Below are positions 35,573-48,967 of a stretch of 64,000 nt of DNA, in pieces (the first letter of the stretch is position 1; each line of letters begins with the position of its first letter). The DNA is from Octopus sinensis (taxonomy: Eukaryota), in the NCBI RefSeq assembly GCF_006345805.1, contig NC_042998.1, positions 8,432,001 through 8,496,000 of the forward strand. Reading direction: 5' to 3'. The notes beneath the pieces are model-generated. The model did no database searches. It worked only from the letters and a program-made list of their open reading frames with translations, and was not told the origin of the DNA. The position numbers and the translations under genes were made by a program.

Positions 35573-35750
35573 CAGAGTTAGCGGTTGGAATAACCATCTA
35601 AGGGATAAGAATATCTGTTCTTACTACCGGTATTATTTACCTATGTTAACCCTTGGCATGGGTATGTAAGCACCCTATGCCCATAGGGTATAGGGGATAG
35701 CAGAATAAACAAAAGTTTATCAGGAATCAAATTTAAATAAGCAGAAATGG

Positions 35751-36498
35751 AGAAAACTTTTGATCAACAAACAAATTGACCAACATCAGCTAATATTTTT
35801 TTAATAAAAACATAGCAAAGCATTTCTTACGGCCGTTTCGGCTGCCAATGTCAGTCGTTGCCTACAAAGAAAATTCCGAAAATAATATTCGTCATCTTTA
35901 TAGCACATTCGATCTAATACATGGAGCTCCATCAGAGTGAATAAAAGAAGGAAAGATGGAAGAGGAAAGAACAGGACCTCGAGATGAAGCCAGAAGGCTC
36001 AATATATTAGAATCATACCATTTTGCTGTGGGAAGCTTGAAGTCGATAGGCAAAAGAGTGAACTACCAAATGAACTAGAGAAATAATTTGTGGTTTACCT
36101 CTTTTTATATGTGTACCAGGTTGTATAATAAAACTAGTGCGAAAGTAAAACAGGAATCGCCAATATGTCTATAAAAAGAATAGTGCTTATGATTTCGTAA
36201 ATAGAGTTTAATATTTATCCAAAAACAAACCCGTAAATGGCGTACTTACTGAAATATTTTAGAGACCAGCCGCCTGTTTTCCACAATGGAATTGACCAAA
36301 GCCCAACCATCTCTACAATTGGTCAGTTATATCTAAACCAAGGGCAAGCTAAGACCGTTACAGGCGTAGACGTAAATAAAGAAGAAAGTAAGCACCGACT
36401 GACATTGGCAGCCGAAACGGCCGTACGAAAAGTTATGTTTTGCATTAAAAAATAATTAACTGATGTCGGTCAATTTGTTTTTTGATCAAAAGTTTTCT
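35751..36498. repeat. Inverted pair of ~110-bp repeats (35751-35861, 36392-36498)
   Basis: Perfect 30-bp core CGACTGACATTGGCAGCCGAAACGGCCGTA in both arms; flanks diverged. Confidence 0.8.
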
Positions 36499-36499
36499 T

Positions 36500-36555
<56 letters not shown>

Positions 36556-36629
36556 ATTTTTCTATATTATCGTATGTTAATTCAATGTCATTATAACAAG
36601 AAATCTCACGTTTTCTTGATACCCAATAG

Positions 36630-36939
36630 GTTTTGGCAGCAGCTTAAACTACGTTTCTGCGTTGGTAGCCGTGAGTCAAATTTTTCCCGCAAACTTAAAA
36701 ATGGCTCTCACAATTTCCACAATAGGATTTCCTGTTGGAATAATGACATTCCCTATTTTAATAACTCTAAGCGTGGATACATATGGCTGGCGCGGAGCAT
36801 TTTGGTTGATGAGTGCTGTTTTGTTGAACTCATGTGTCTTTACGTTTCTCATAACGCCTTTAGATGCTAATATGAATAATAAGACCTCATGCAAATTATC
36901 AGCAGAAAAAAAAGTTTGGTTTCACTTATCAATATTCAG
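36630..36939 (+). CDS. SLC16/MCT-like transporter exon 4 (TM4-TM6, loop)
   Basis: CAATAG| acceptor, CAG|GTAAGT donor, phase 1-2; GFGSSLNYVSAL...YGWRGAFWLMSAVLLNSCVFTFLITPL. Confidence 0.95.
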
Positions 36940-38225
36940 GTAAGTCTACTTTCAAGTATTGTTTCGTTACTTTTCTACTGTTACTCAGATTAAACATCCT
37001 TTGGTAACTATTACAATTTAGATTAAATTATTAATAGTCTAAAACAATACCGAAATTTGGATGTTTGTATATGGTGAGGTCAAACATTGATGGGAGCAGA
37101 GAATGGGAATAGAAAATAATCGAATAAAAGTTTGAAAACATAACATCAAAATAGGAAACACTGAGCTAAGAAAACGAAAAGTATCATCAAAATTATTCAG
37201 CCCTTTCAAGTATCCTGAGTATTCATTATTACAATTGCCTCTGCTCTTTTAAAATTTATAAATTTGAGCTGCAGTCATTTAACCCTTTTCGATGTTCTTG
37301 CCAGGCCTTTAAATACTCTGTCTAGAAATACAACCCATCCTGCTGGAGTTTATTTCATGGTCAATCTCAGAGAGATTAAGCACAAATAATCTTACATAGT
37401 TCTGGCTATCTTCCAGTTTATGAGAGCTTAAACATCTATGGAATATCATTCCTCTACGGGCATAAAAAATTGTTAAAATTTATTGGTCTTTTTTGTTGTT
37501 GTCCTTTGTTTTGGATGGGGGTTTTGGTGGTGGTGGGTTTTCTTTGCTGCCACGGGAAGACTTGTATTTCACCCAGGATCACTAAAGGGACGATACAAGA
37601 ATTTGAACTCAGATAGAAAAAAAAACAAGGAAATGTAGAGGAAGAAAAGGGGAAGAAAATCCTTAATTGCTGAACTGTTAGGAACTTTCATAAAGTTTAC
37701 ACATGGATTCTGACACACATTACTTGATTGCAGAAAAATACAAGAAATTCGTCAAAGGTGCAGTTCAGTTAAAAGAATTATTTGATATCAGTTATACAAT
37801 GACCAGTTCGATATTCTAAATTAGAGTGTGCAAGAAAATAAGAAGAGAAATAAGATTAAGATAAGCTTAGTTCGCCAGATCTATTTTATTTGTGTTATAT
37901 GACACTCAGCGCGTCAGTCAATGGCTTAAAAACGCTGTTTACATTGTTGTGCTTTATAAAGAAATGTGGTCGCAACAAATATTTACTTACACAAAAAGTT
38001 AGTCTCATTATAAGCTAAACAATATCCAAGATTATTCACATGAAATTTATAGAAAACCATGTGTACATTGATACTTTTGTCAATCCATTTGACTGTCCTA
38101 ATTCAGTGTTGTACTTATAGCACAAGATTATAAGTCGGCGGTTTGTTATGGCAGCTCTTTCTATATTATTTCAAACACCATAGATTTCCCTTAGACTGAG
38201 AAATCCACATTTTATTACTGTAATT

Positions 38226-38930
38226 CAAACTGGATCCCGACTCAAGGCACCGAAAGACTAGGTGGTCATGAGAAGCTCGGTAACGGATTAAGTTTCTATA
38301 ACACAAATAATGATAGCAATCCATTGTAAGTAGTTGATAATATGAATAAAGATTTTGAAACACGTATACCATCTACAATTCTTGCCATTTCACAGGAATA
38401 TATAAGCGTAATTTTCATTACCGTTATCGGTAAAAGCACTAGCTATTAAACTAAACAAATAAATTAAAGTCTTCCATCCCACCTCTAATGTAGAATGAAA
38501 TTTGCTGGTCTATTACAAAAATTCAAACTCCCGATATAAGAGAAACAAATGTCAACTGACCTATCATTCAACATTTTTGTAATGTTTTAATGTTGCCTTA
38601 GAAAAGAAACACTTGTTATATAACACTTACAACTAGAAACTGAAACTACTTGCTTATATACAAAAGCATAGTAGATGAAAATCCTGGGTGATGAGTGAAT
38701 CGTTTTCATACCTTGTATCTCTCACAAATACAGTAAGCCTCATTAAATTACTTTTTTTGACTTGGTAGAGACACATATTGTAAGGTAGGGGAAGTGTCCA
38801 AAATCTTTATTCATATTATCAACTACTTACAATGGATTGCTATCATTATTTGTGGTATAGAAACTTAATCCGTCACCAAGCTTCTCACGACCAACTAGTC
38901 TTTGAGTGCCTTGAGTCGGGATCCAGTTTG
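38226..38930. mobile_element. MITE-like element with 132-bp terminal inverted repeats
   Basis: 38226-38357 is the reverse complement of 38799-38930 with about 6-7 mismatches; TA on the right flank only. Confidence 0.75.
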
Positions 38931-39411
38931 TATATTCATGTCATATGCACAGTCTGATATCTCATTGCTGCAAACGATTAATTGTCGTTTCATCCTCATT
39001 TTCCTCACGTATTAAAAAGTCTATAAAAGGTTATGAGTGATTTTGATTAAACTATAAAAGAAAAGTTGATTTTGCAGATAGAGAGCAGATACTATACCAA
39101 CTGTGAGTCTTTATCTAACTTCATAACTGAATTACTACTAAAACGTGTGAAGCTGGGCGCGATAGCGCAGGACTGAATAGATTGCTGCCTAAAACTGTAC
39201 AGAGAACTTTTACAAACACACCCCTGCAACTGGCATGGATTAAACTGACGATGCCTATGACATAACTATAGTTTTAATTGCAAAAATCAGAACTGTATTA
39301 ATTACGTTTGCAGAGAAGACATTAATTGGTTTGGTATTTTTATTTATATTCACGCAAACATGACGGAGATATTTATTCAGAGCGAGATACATATTCACAC
39401 ATACATGTGTG

Positions 39412-39493
<82 letters not shown>

Positions 39494-39528
39494 CGACAGA
39501 GAGAAGCAGAAGAGGAGGGGAAGAAATA

Positions 39529-39897
39529 AAAGGAGTGAGAAAAATATATAGCACCGCGTGCCTGCGTGTGGTATCTTGAATAATCTCAGTTCATTATTAT
39601 CAGGGATTATAGGATGAGATGAGGTGCTTGGGACAAATCTGCAGCACAAGCTTTTCGTTTGTTTATTCCTTTGTATATAATAAAACAGTATTTATTTTCT
39701 TTCTCTCTTGATCTATAAAGGAGTGAGAAAAATATATAGCACCGCGTGCCTGCGTGTGTATCTTGAATAATCTCAGTTCATTATTATCAGGGATTATAGA
39801 TGATATGAGGTGCTTGGGACAATCTGCAGCACAAGCTTTTTCGTTTGTTTATTCCTTTGTATATATAAAACATATTTATTTCTTTCTCTCTTGATCT
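39529..39897. repeat. Recent tandem duplication of a ~188-bp unit
   Basis: AAAGGAGTGAGAAAAATATATAGCACCGCGTGCC...CTCTTGATCT occurs twice and differs mainly by 1-bp indels. Confidence 0.9.
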
Positions 39898-40438
39898 GTT
39901 ACATTTTGACAGTTCGTATACGACCATTGTCAGAGTACTTTTTTTTTCTTTTCTGCTTTTTTTTTTGCTCAACTTTATGGACATATGGTTCGTGTTCGAA
40001 ATAGGTTTAAATACAACACACACACATATATATATATGTATTTATATTTATTTATTTATTTATATATATGTATATATATATATGTATATATATATTTATA
40101 TTTATATTTATATGTATATATATATTTATATTTATATATATATTTATATATATATATATATATAGTATATATTTATATAATATATTTATATTTATATGTA
40201 TATATATATATTTATATTTATATGTATAATTTATATTTATATATGCGTGCTTTCTTACTCCGGATATGAGCTGCCAGTTGGCCTCGTCAGCATTACAGAT
40301 AAAGGGCGCGGTCAAATCTATCGCCTATAAAATAAAATAAATTATTACGTTGTTACGTGTTGAGACCGGTCCAGTCTCCATAATTTTCTCAAAGAAAAGC
40401 CCTATGTACTTAACACACATACATACACATATATAATG

Positions 40439-40497
<59 letters not shown>

Positions 40498-41264
40498 CAC
40501 AGCTAAAAATACTTATAACCAACAAACCTTTTTCATGATTTCATACCAACATTATTTGCGCTTCAGGGCAGAACACTTAAACCTAAGTGCTTCAGTTTGT
40601 CTATATATCACGTATATGCAGCACATTATCTCAGATAGTTACTAGCAAAAAAACTGTTTGATTTGTCTTTTGTTTTCTTTTCGCTTTTATTTTATTTTAT
40701 TTTATTTTATTTCTTTATCTGAACGAAATTGTTTTTCTCAGCTGTGTATTGCTTCCTTTAAGTTGAATACCGTGCCCTCTTCCGGGGCGTTGCACATTGA
40801 AACGGTGTGAAATATTTGCTTCTTAGGAATCGAAAGTTTATTGAGGTTTCCTCCCATACGGAGGTCACCCCTGATCTGCACCAAGCGTCAAAATTTAGAT
40901 AATTAAATTATTAAACTTAGTGCCTATACTAAATTATAGAATGAATTTTAAATCAGTTTGGCATATTCGAACGGACTCAAGGAAAGGTATGTAATACACG
41001 TTTACAAGTTTACACTTAAAGTCAGTTTATAAGGATTGGCCCCGAAATCATTTCTAATAATTTTATATTTCTTTTAAGGTAAAAATTCGTTGCTTTTATT
41101 GTAACACTGTAACATAGATTAAAGTAGCCACTATCAAATGTATCGTGGACAATAATAAATTGCTACATGTGATATACCATTGTCTCATAACCTTTTACTT
41201 GTCATTCATTTTTCACTTACATTGCAGAATGATTTCTTTTCTTTTTTCTATATTTTATATTTAG

Positions 41265-41442
41265 AGACAAAACTTTTGTATTCTACACCATTTCACTCTT
41301 CTTTATGAGCGGTTGTATATCGACTATGATTTATATACTTCCGGCTGTTATGGAGACCAGAAACTATAGCAAAATTTTAGCAGTTACAATTTTAACCGTA
41401 GAAAGCTCTGCAGATATAGTGGGACGTTTGGTATGCAGTCAG
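41265..41442 (+). CDS. SLC16/MCT-like transporter exon 5 (TM7-TM8)
   Basis: Strong pyrimidine tract + TTTAG|, CAG|GTAAGG donor, phase 2-0; RDKTFVFYTISLFFMSG...SSADIVGRLVCSQ. Confidence 0.93.
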
Positions 41443-43225
41443 GTAAGGAAAATAAATAGCAGAGAGCTTTGACCGGAAACTTGAACGATTCTGTTATCAT
41501 TTTTGTAGTTATATATCTTCATTACTTATAATTATTCTCATTTTTATAAGCTTTAAAACAGAAATATAACAAAATTGGACATGTATTACAGAAATATTGG
41601 ATTTTGCACATTCAAATATGAAATATAAGATGTGAGATCTATGCCACTCATGAGAGCACTATTACAAGGAACTATTTTACTAATAATTGCTCTTTGGTCA
41701 ACACAAAATATATCCTCCTATAATTCCCTCCACTTGTTTTATTTTGAACTTAATGTTCAATATGAAATCTAATTCTATTAATCAAGCCCGTCTGTCCAAA
41801 TTCTTTTCTCAAATAAGGTATAGACAGTGTAAAGACATTCTCTTTCTGCTTCGGAATAAACTATCTACATGGCTTCATCTGAATAGTCAACTATAGAGTT
41901 TTTTCTCTCATATTGGATGACACATTTTTAATTTAATGCTTTCTTATGAATATTGTATTGGCCTACAATGAAGAGATTCGATCTTTTATATGAGAACAGA
42001 TCATATAATTCCTTTTTTTTATTTTAAGGCTTTATCGAAGAGGGAAGGGCAATACCCATTACCTTTATTTGAAGGACATTCTAAAAGTTTTAAACAGTGT
42101 AACGTCCGCGGACCTCACTCACTGATCAGGTGGTGATGTTAAACCTGGCGACGTCTAACAGCCACACATTGACGCGGTATATCCGATGGGCATCTACACA
42201 ATGTTCATCTTACCCATTTCACCTATGAAACAGGATTCAGCCATTGCTGTGATAGAAGATACTTCTCCAGGCCGAGACAATTATGTCGAAGTCGGAATTT
42301 ATTATAACAAAGCGAACTTTTTAACCACTTCTGCCCAAATTTGTGTGTTGAATCAAAATAAATATAATAAATAAGTTGAATCCTAAGTATTATGTTGAAT
42401 AATAATAAGAATTACAACAGAAAATAATGCCTATAGACATCCTTAAAGTCCTTTAAAATGTTTTAGCCCGAAGGCCGCGGCCATGCTGGGGCACCACCAG
42501 TATATTTTTATTTGAAATCTTATCCTAGATCGAAAGACAAAACGTCTATTGCTAGAGTAATTTAGAAATTCTTATTGATGCATTACAAATAACGAGTTTG
42601 TCTGTGGTTTCCATCGATTCAGAAATCTCTAAGAATAGAATGCATGGGGTACCGAATAACTTTCATGTCTCTCGGGGAGAATTGTCCAAACAAACTATTT
42701 TATCAAGGTTGCCGAATTAGACATCGTGTTTTTGATTATCTCTGAGCGCCTGTCATTTTGTACTAAGAGTCGTTTCGATGTTATGTCAGCTGTACTAGGC
42801 TTAAATTTTGTACACGCATTGTTGACAATATATTTTCTAAATGTCAGTGATGATCATATTAGTTCAACAAGTGTGTATATGCATTTATGTATACATATAA
42901 GTGAGCATGTTTGTGTGCGAGTGTGTGTGCATGCATATACATATATATTAATATGTGCATATGCATGTGTGTATGCATCTATGTGTGTGTACGTGTGTGT
43001 GTGGCATAAATATATTCAAATACGCATTTATATGTGAATGAGTATATGCGTGTGGTGTATCTATATATGTGTATGTGTGTGTGTGTGTGTAGTGTGTGCA
43101 TTTGTTATCATTCTTAATTCTTTTTATCTACCTTTCCTAAATTTTTCTTTGAAAAAGTGTTTAATCCGAAACGTTAGATACCCATTTCCTTCCTTTTTTG
43201 ACGTAATATTTTCATTGTACACATT

Positions 43226-43624
43226 CACAGGGGGCTAAACACAGAGGGGACAAACAAGGACAGACAACGGGATTAAGTCGATTAGATCGACCACATTGCA
43301 TAACTGGTACTTATTTAATCGACCCCGAAAGAATGAAAGGCAGAGTCGACCTCGGTGGAATTTGAACTCAGAACGTAACGGCAGACGAAATACCTATTTC
43401 TTTATTACCCACAAGGGGCTAAACACAGAGGGGACAAACAAGGACAGACATAGGTATTAAGTCGATTACATCGACCCCAGTGCGTAACTGGTACTTATTT
43501 AATCGACCCAGAAAGAATGAAAGGCAGAGTCGACCTCGATGGAATTTGAACTCAGAACGTAACGGCAGACGAAATACCGCTAAGCATTTCGCCCGGCGTG
43601 CTAACGTTTCTGCCAGCTCGCCGC
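43226..43624 (-). mobile_element. SINE family A dimer
   Basis: Junction GAAATACC|TATTTC at 43394/43395. Confidence 0.9.
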
Positions 43625-43781
43625 ACGATGGCTACTGTTTCATTTAATACCCCTATACTTTATATGCATGTGTTTGTCTGTACGTGAGCGTGTGTACATG
43701 TGTGCGTGTGTGTGCGCGTGCGCGAAGGTATGTTTACGTACTTATATATGCATATACACGTATATATTATATCTATAGATA

Positions 43782-44082
43782 TACATACAAAATTTAGAGG
43801 ACTGACCACTAAAAGTGGACAGCCTATACGCTAGATATAGACGTCAAAATCGCCATTTTCCACGAAGAATGTGTTCTCAAGAAAAAATTCATCAAAAAAC
43901 CAAAATGTAAAAATAAACAAGACAAATGAAAATATACGAAATAAAAACGATTACCTATGTACTAATTAGTTAGACTTGTTAATATATACGTCTATTGACA
44001 AGTAAACATGGCGATTTTGACGTCTATATCTAGCATATAGGCTGTCCACTTTTAGTGGTCAGTCCTCTAAATTTTGTATGTA
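43782..44082. mobile_element. MITE, 301 bp, 75-bp TIRs beginning TA (Tc1/mariner-type)
   Basis: 43782-43856 versus reverse complement of 44008-44082: one mismatch. Confidence 0.88.
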
Positions 44083-44246
44083 AAAAAATTTTTAATCTTC
44101 GGATTTTTTTAAAATATGCTAGACCACTGGTTTTAATTGATTAATATCAATTTCTACCCTTTTTTAATTTTAAAAATAGATATACATATGTTTATTGATT
44201 GATTCTTTTTCTGTCCCTAATGCATACATTTCGTTTTATACCAAAG

Positions 44247-44514
44247 GTAATCCGAGTCCACTTCATCACCAGTATGTTACTGTATGTTGTCAACAGTGTG
44301 TTATTCTCGGCAGTGATGATACTTATCCCAGTCCTACACGGTTACATGATGCTACTGATCGGCACACTTCTTCTTGGATTTTTCTCTGGCCTCGTTTTAT
44401 CAATCCACAGTGTTGTCGTCTTGGATATTATCGGTGGAAAGAAGTATTCGTCAGCCATGGGATTTGGCGAAACGGCGTGCGGTGCAGGAAACTTATTTAT
44501 TGGACTTATTGCAG
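44247..44514 (+). CDS. SLC16/MCT-like transporter exon 6 (TM9-TM11)
   Basis: CAAAG| acceptor, CAG|GTAAAT donor, phase 0-1; ...LLGFFSGLVLSIHSVVVLDIIGGKKYSSAMGF...GNLFIGLIAG. Confidence 0.93.
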
Positions 44515-44651
44515 GTAAATATTTCTAAATCATTGTAAAATTAAGAGAATTTTTTCTTGATATTCAAGTGTGAATGTGCAGTTTATTTGTTCTTTTTTTT
44601 TTATCTCCCTCGCAGTTATGAGGATTCTGATTTTTAAATTTTATTTTCTAT

Positions 44652-45066
44652 AGGCGTCGGAGTGGCTGAGTGGTAAGTAGCTTGCTTACCAACCACATGG
44701 TTCCGGGTTCAGTCCCACTGCGTGGCACCTTGGGCAACTGTCTTCTACTATAGCCTCGGGCCGACCAAAGCCTTGTGAGTGGATTTGGTAGACGGAAACT
44801 GAAAGAAGCCCGTCGTATATATGTATATGTATATATGTACGTATGTGTATATGTTTGTGTGTCTGTTTGTCCCCCCAACATCGCTTAACAACCGATGCTG
44901 GTGTGTTTACGTCCCCGTAACGTAGCGGTTCGGCAAAAAAGACCGATAGAATAAGTACTAGGCTTACAAAGAATAAGTACTGGGGTCGATTAGCTCGACT
45001 AAAAGTGGTGCTCCAGCATGGCCACAGTCAAATGACTGAAACAAGTAAAAGAGAGTAACAGAGTAT
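44652..45066 (+). mobile_element. SINE family B, full length
   Basis: Colinear with 8942-9358. Confidence 0.92.
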
Positions 45067-45068
45067 AA

Positions 45069-45620
45069 CTAGTGCGTACCCTGCGTTGCATTATCCAGAT
45101 GTTAGTGTTCTAGAAGATATTTGATTGCTATTTCCAGCAGGTCGATCGACCGTGTTTAGGATGGCTTGTTGTAAATGATGCCATGCCTGTGCGTGTCTGT
45201 CAGTATCAGTCAAATGTTAATAAGGGTATTACCTGAAATCCTGTCGTACAATCATTTGATCGGTCAATCGATCAGTAGGTGTTTGCTGTCGCAGGAGTCG
45301 TCGTTGTTGCCGTTTAGTATCAAGTCAGATCCGATGAAGTAGTCCATTAGCCCGTTACTAGTTGGTCGAACAACTAGATACAATCTATAAATCCATTGTT
45401 TCAGATATATCATACATCTGCTCCTTGGAGGTGGGGCGTCTCGGGATCTATTGCTTTCCCTGATTTTATACTGGTAGCAGATACTTTTTTGCTGCATGCT
45501 TACTTAAAAAAGGGTAGAACATACAGACCTTATTTTTTGAAGGCCAGCGAAACCAGAGGGAAGAGGAAAGGAAATTGAAATAAAGCTGGAGGCAAAAGAC
45601 CTGATTCAAATGCTAAAGGC
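45069..45620 (-). mobile_element. Deleted Helitron relic (Rep-domain remnants plus 3' end)
   Basis: Minus strand ends ATGCAACGCAGGGTACGCACTAG|T; frameshifted ALFQFPFLFP, SMQQ..CYQYKIRE and GLMDY resemble Helitron Rep motifs. Confidence 0.45.
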
Positions 45621-46498
45621 AGCCAATGAACGGGTGGTGATTCAAAGCCAGGGTATTAGATTAATTGTATCACCCAAGCAATCAGAATGCAAAAGCCAGT
45701 ACAAATATCACCTCACGCAGCACTCTTATGATTCCGCTAATTTACTGCTTCCTCTAGTATTTCAGCATTTCGACCCTTAAGGGACGAACAACTGCATCAA
45801 TTTAGGTGAGATTTCAACAGAAACTGCTAAGAAACGGAACAGACCGAGGCATTTTGACCTAAGCTCTAACAATTCTTCCAACTATTTTGACCTACGCTCT
45901 AACGACTCTACCAGACCTTTTGGCTTACGCTGTAATGAGTTTGCCAGACATTTTGATCTTTGTTCAAAGAATTTGATCAGCTATTTTCAAATAATTTTTA
46001 GCAGTAATGTTGATATATTTTCTAAAAATTCTGTCACTTATTTTGGAACTACGTTCTAGCAACTCTACCGGGCCTTTTTACCCAGCTTCTGACTATCCTT
46101 CAAGGCACTTTCAATCATCGCTAACGATTCTTGGCTTCTTTTAAAGGAATTCAGTTCGTTGTAAGCTTTTGGAACAGGTCTACGTTCTGCAGGTATCAGT
46201 ATCCCCCTCCACCACCAGTTATCTCCCCCAATCTTAATGTTTCCTTTGACTAAGCCATTCATTAATGTTAGCTCCTTTGTAAATTGTTCCTGACAATATT
46301 TGCTCAACCAGAAATCATTCCTTATGATGTTTATTAACTTAATGTCATATTTACCGGTCGGCTTTGCCCGAATAATAAAAGTATATGCAGCAGATAAAAT
46401 GAAACGTCAATACATTCTACTCATGAATACATGTAAACTGTATATAATCTGTATTCACATCTTTTGAAATAACTCGTGTTTATTTATTTATTTTATAG

Positions 46499-46686
46499 GC
46501 TACATTATCGAGAAGTCACACACGTTTGATCATTTCTTCAATATTATGGGTATAACTTCTATAATAGTCATGGCAGTTTTGATCATTCAAATTAACCTTA
46601 GTGCTATTCGAAAATGTTTCCGTCTAAATTCGAAGGTAAACATCAATGAAAGTAAAACGGATGTTGACATTAATCAGACATTTTGA
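46499..46686 (+). CDS. SLC16/MCT-like transporter terminal exon 7 (TM12, C-tail, stop)
   Basis: TTTTATAG| acceptor, phase 1; GYIIEKSHTFDHFFNIMGITSIIVMAVLII...NQTF*; TGA at 46684-46686. Confidence 0.9.
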
Positions 46687-46861
46687 AACCACTGAAACTA
46701 GGAATAATTGACATTATCACGATTAATGTATCTCCATTCAACGAGCAAATGAATTAATGATATGCAAACAAATTCCAGTTCACGTACAGCTCGTATATAT
46801 GTATATAAATGTGTGTGCGTGCGCGAGAACATCAGTTTTATTTTTTAAACAAACTATGTAT

Positions 46862-46921
<60 letters not shown>

Positions 46922-47055
46922 ATGTGTGTGAACATTTATTGTTGATGTATGTACTGGTGTAGGAAAAGGTACAGCTTCGACGACATTGCTTTACGTTTTT
47001 TGTCAGAAATTGAAATTCTACCAGGATTAACTTGACTTTTCATCCATTCAACGGC

Positions 47056-47061
47056 AATAAA
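47056..47061 (+). terminator. Candidate polyadenylation signal AATAAA for the transporter
   Basis: AATAAA ~370 nt after the stop codon; no transcript evidence. Confidence 0.3.
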
Positions 47062-48056
47062 AGGTGATAAATATGTATTAAAGTTCTTTCAATCAACTAC
47101 AATTATTTCATAATGCTGTGATAATGTGCCACATCTGAGTATTCAAAATTTACCTATGACAGCCACTATCCGATAATGTTTCGTCCAGAAAATATATACG
47201 GACGTATACGAAACGATATGTACAAAGGAAAATTATAAGTTCATATTTTTAAATGATATCATACAGGAAAGATACAAAATTTCAAATTTTTGGTATTCAA
47301 AATAACCCGGTGATTGTCTGATACTACTTCCAGAAATATTTTAAACACAATAAAATGGGAAACATTTATAACAATTTGTTGTTGTAGGCAAATGTATTGA
47401 TTCGTCTTTTGTTACGCATGAAAAGGAAAAGTGGAGACCGGGGAGATTAGTAAGAGCTTAATCTCTGGGGATTAATCAGCGTTTATCACAATCACCCTCT
47501 TGTTCTTCAAATGAAAGTCTTCATTTAGTATATTAACCATTTGATATTATGAACTTATAGTTGGAGAAGTAATTACAACTTTTCAGACAATTAATGTCAT
47601 CTTTTAAGCATTTTCTTAATATTTAAATTAAATTAAGTTGGATCTACGATTGCTACCGGGTGTCTTATTCCTGGACATGCACAGAACACCAAGCTGGTTT
47701 CGAACAATGTCAGTGGTCTATTGCGCAATAGCGATACTAGTCTCAGTTTAGAAATAAATGTTCTTAGTTCGAATACAGGCAAGCATTCAGTACATGTGCA
47801 GAAAAGGAATCAAAATAACCAAAAAGTAATGCAGAGGCATATATTAAAAAGTTAATAATCTCCCAAATGATAACCTAACAAAAGTTATTACATAGCAGTA
47901 GGGGTCATATGATTCCCATGACAGCAACATAAACAGTCGTGTAACACAAATAAAAGAAGTGATACCATAACATAGGGTGACACATGCCCTAATTACAGAA
48001 AAACCCGCATAAGTAACAACATAAAAGGCTACATGATGAATTTTATCTGGATACAC

Positions 48057-48125
<69 letters not shown>

Positions 48126-48761
48126 GCCTACCGATGTTCTCGCCTCAAATCTACAAAGGGAAACCATACCACAACGTAAAAGAGATCTAAGTAAATTGCT
48201 AAATCAGGTTAAATCAGATTCTAAGTGTATGTGAAAGTCATTCTGAGTGCTAAAGATGATGGCAGATCTAAGCCGAAGCCATAAGTAGGTGATGAAAAAC
48301 TGGTAAATTCTTTTTTTATTTATTCACTCTATGCTAAACATCAGGTTTATTTTCACTAGGCATTCTAACCTTTTCGTTTCCTACACAACGTTTATATTTT
48401 ACGATTCATAAAGAAATATTTTTCTTGATGTAATTTTATTTTGTATCAAATGTTATTTCTAAAATATACTACGAAGATTAACAGCATTTCAGCTCATAAA
48501 ATTGGCAAGTAGAAATAATATGGAGGTGAACATAATGCCTTACTGACTGGAATCATATGCCTTTTTGTTCTGAATTCAAAACCTATGAGGATTCCACTTT
48601 CATCCTTCCGGATCACTTATAAGAAGTAATGAGTTGATCGATTTAAAATCATTTGATGCTTAAGTTCAATATTTTAATCTGTATCTTCTTTAAACTCTAT
48701 GTCACAAAAATATAACTAAAGAATCCGTCGGTATCTACTTTTTTAATCCTTCAACGATATA

Positions 48762-48967
48762 CACAAGGCATGAAATTTTGTAGGAGGGGCTAGTCAATTA
48801 CATCGACCCCAGTGCTCATCAGGTACTTATTTCATCGACCCCAGAAATGTTGAAAAACAAAGACGACCTCAGCGGAATTTGAACTCATACACTCGCTCAG
48901 CCGGAAGACATGTTTCTGAGCATTTTGATTCTCCCGGCACGCTATGATTCTCCCATTCACCGCCTTT
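48762..48967 (-). mobile_element. SINE family A variant, degenerate
   Basis: TACATCGACCCCAGTGCTCA...ATCGACCCC...GCGGAATTTGAACTCA. Confidence 0.75.

Noticed and set aside
48250-48280. Hammerhead-like GATGAT-GGC..GCC-GAAG, and similar traces near 39580 and 58500
   Set aside because: Several core positions are broken and there is no stem I; at most decayed relics
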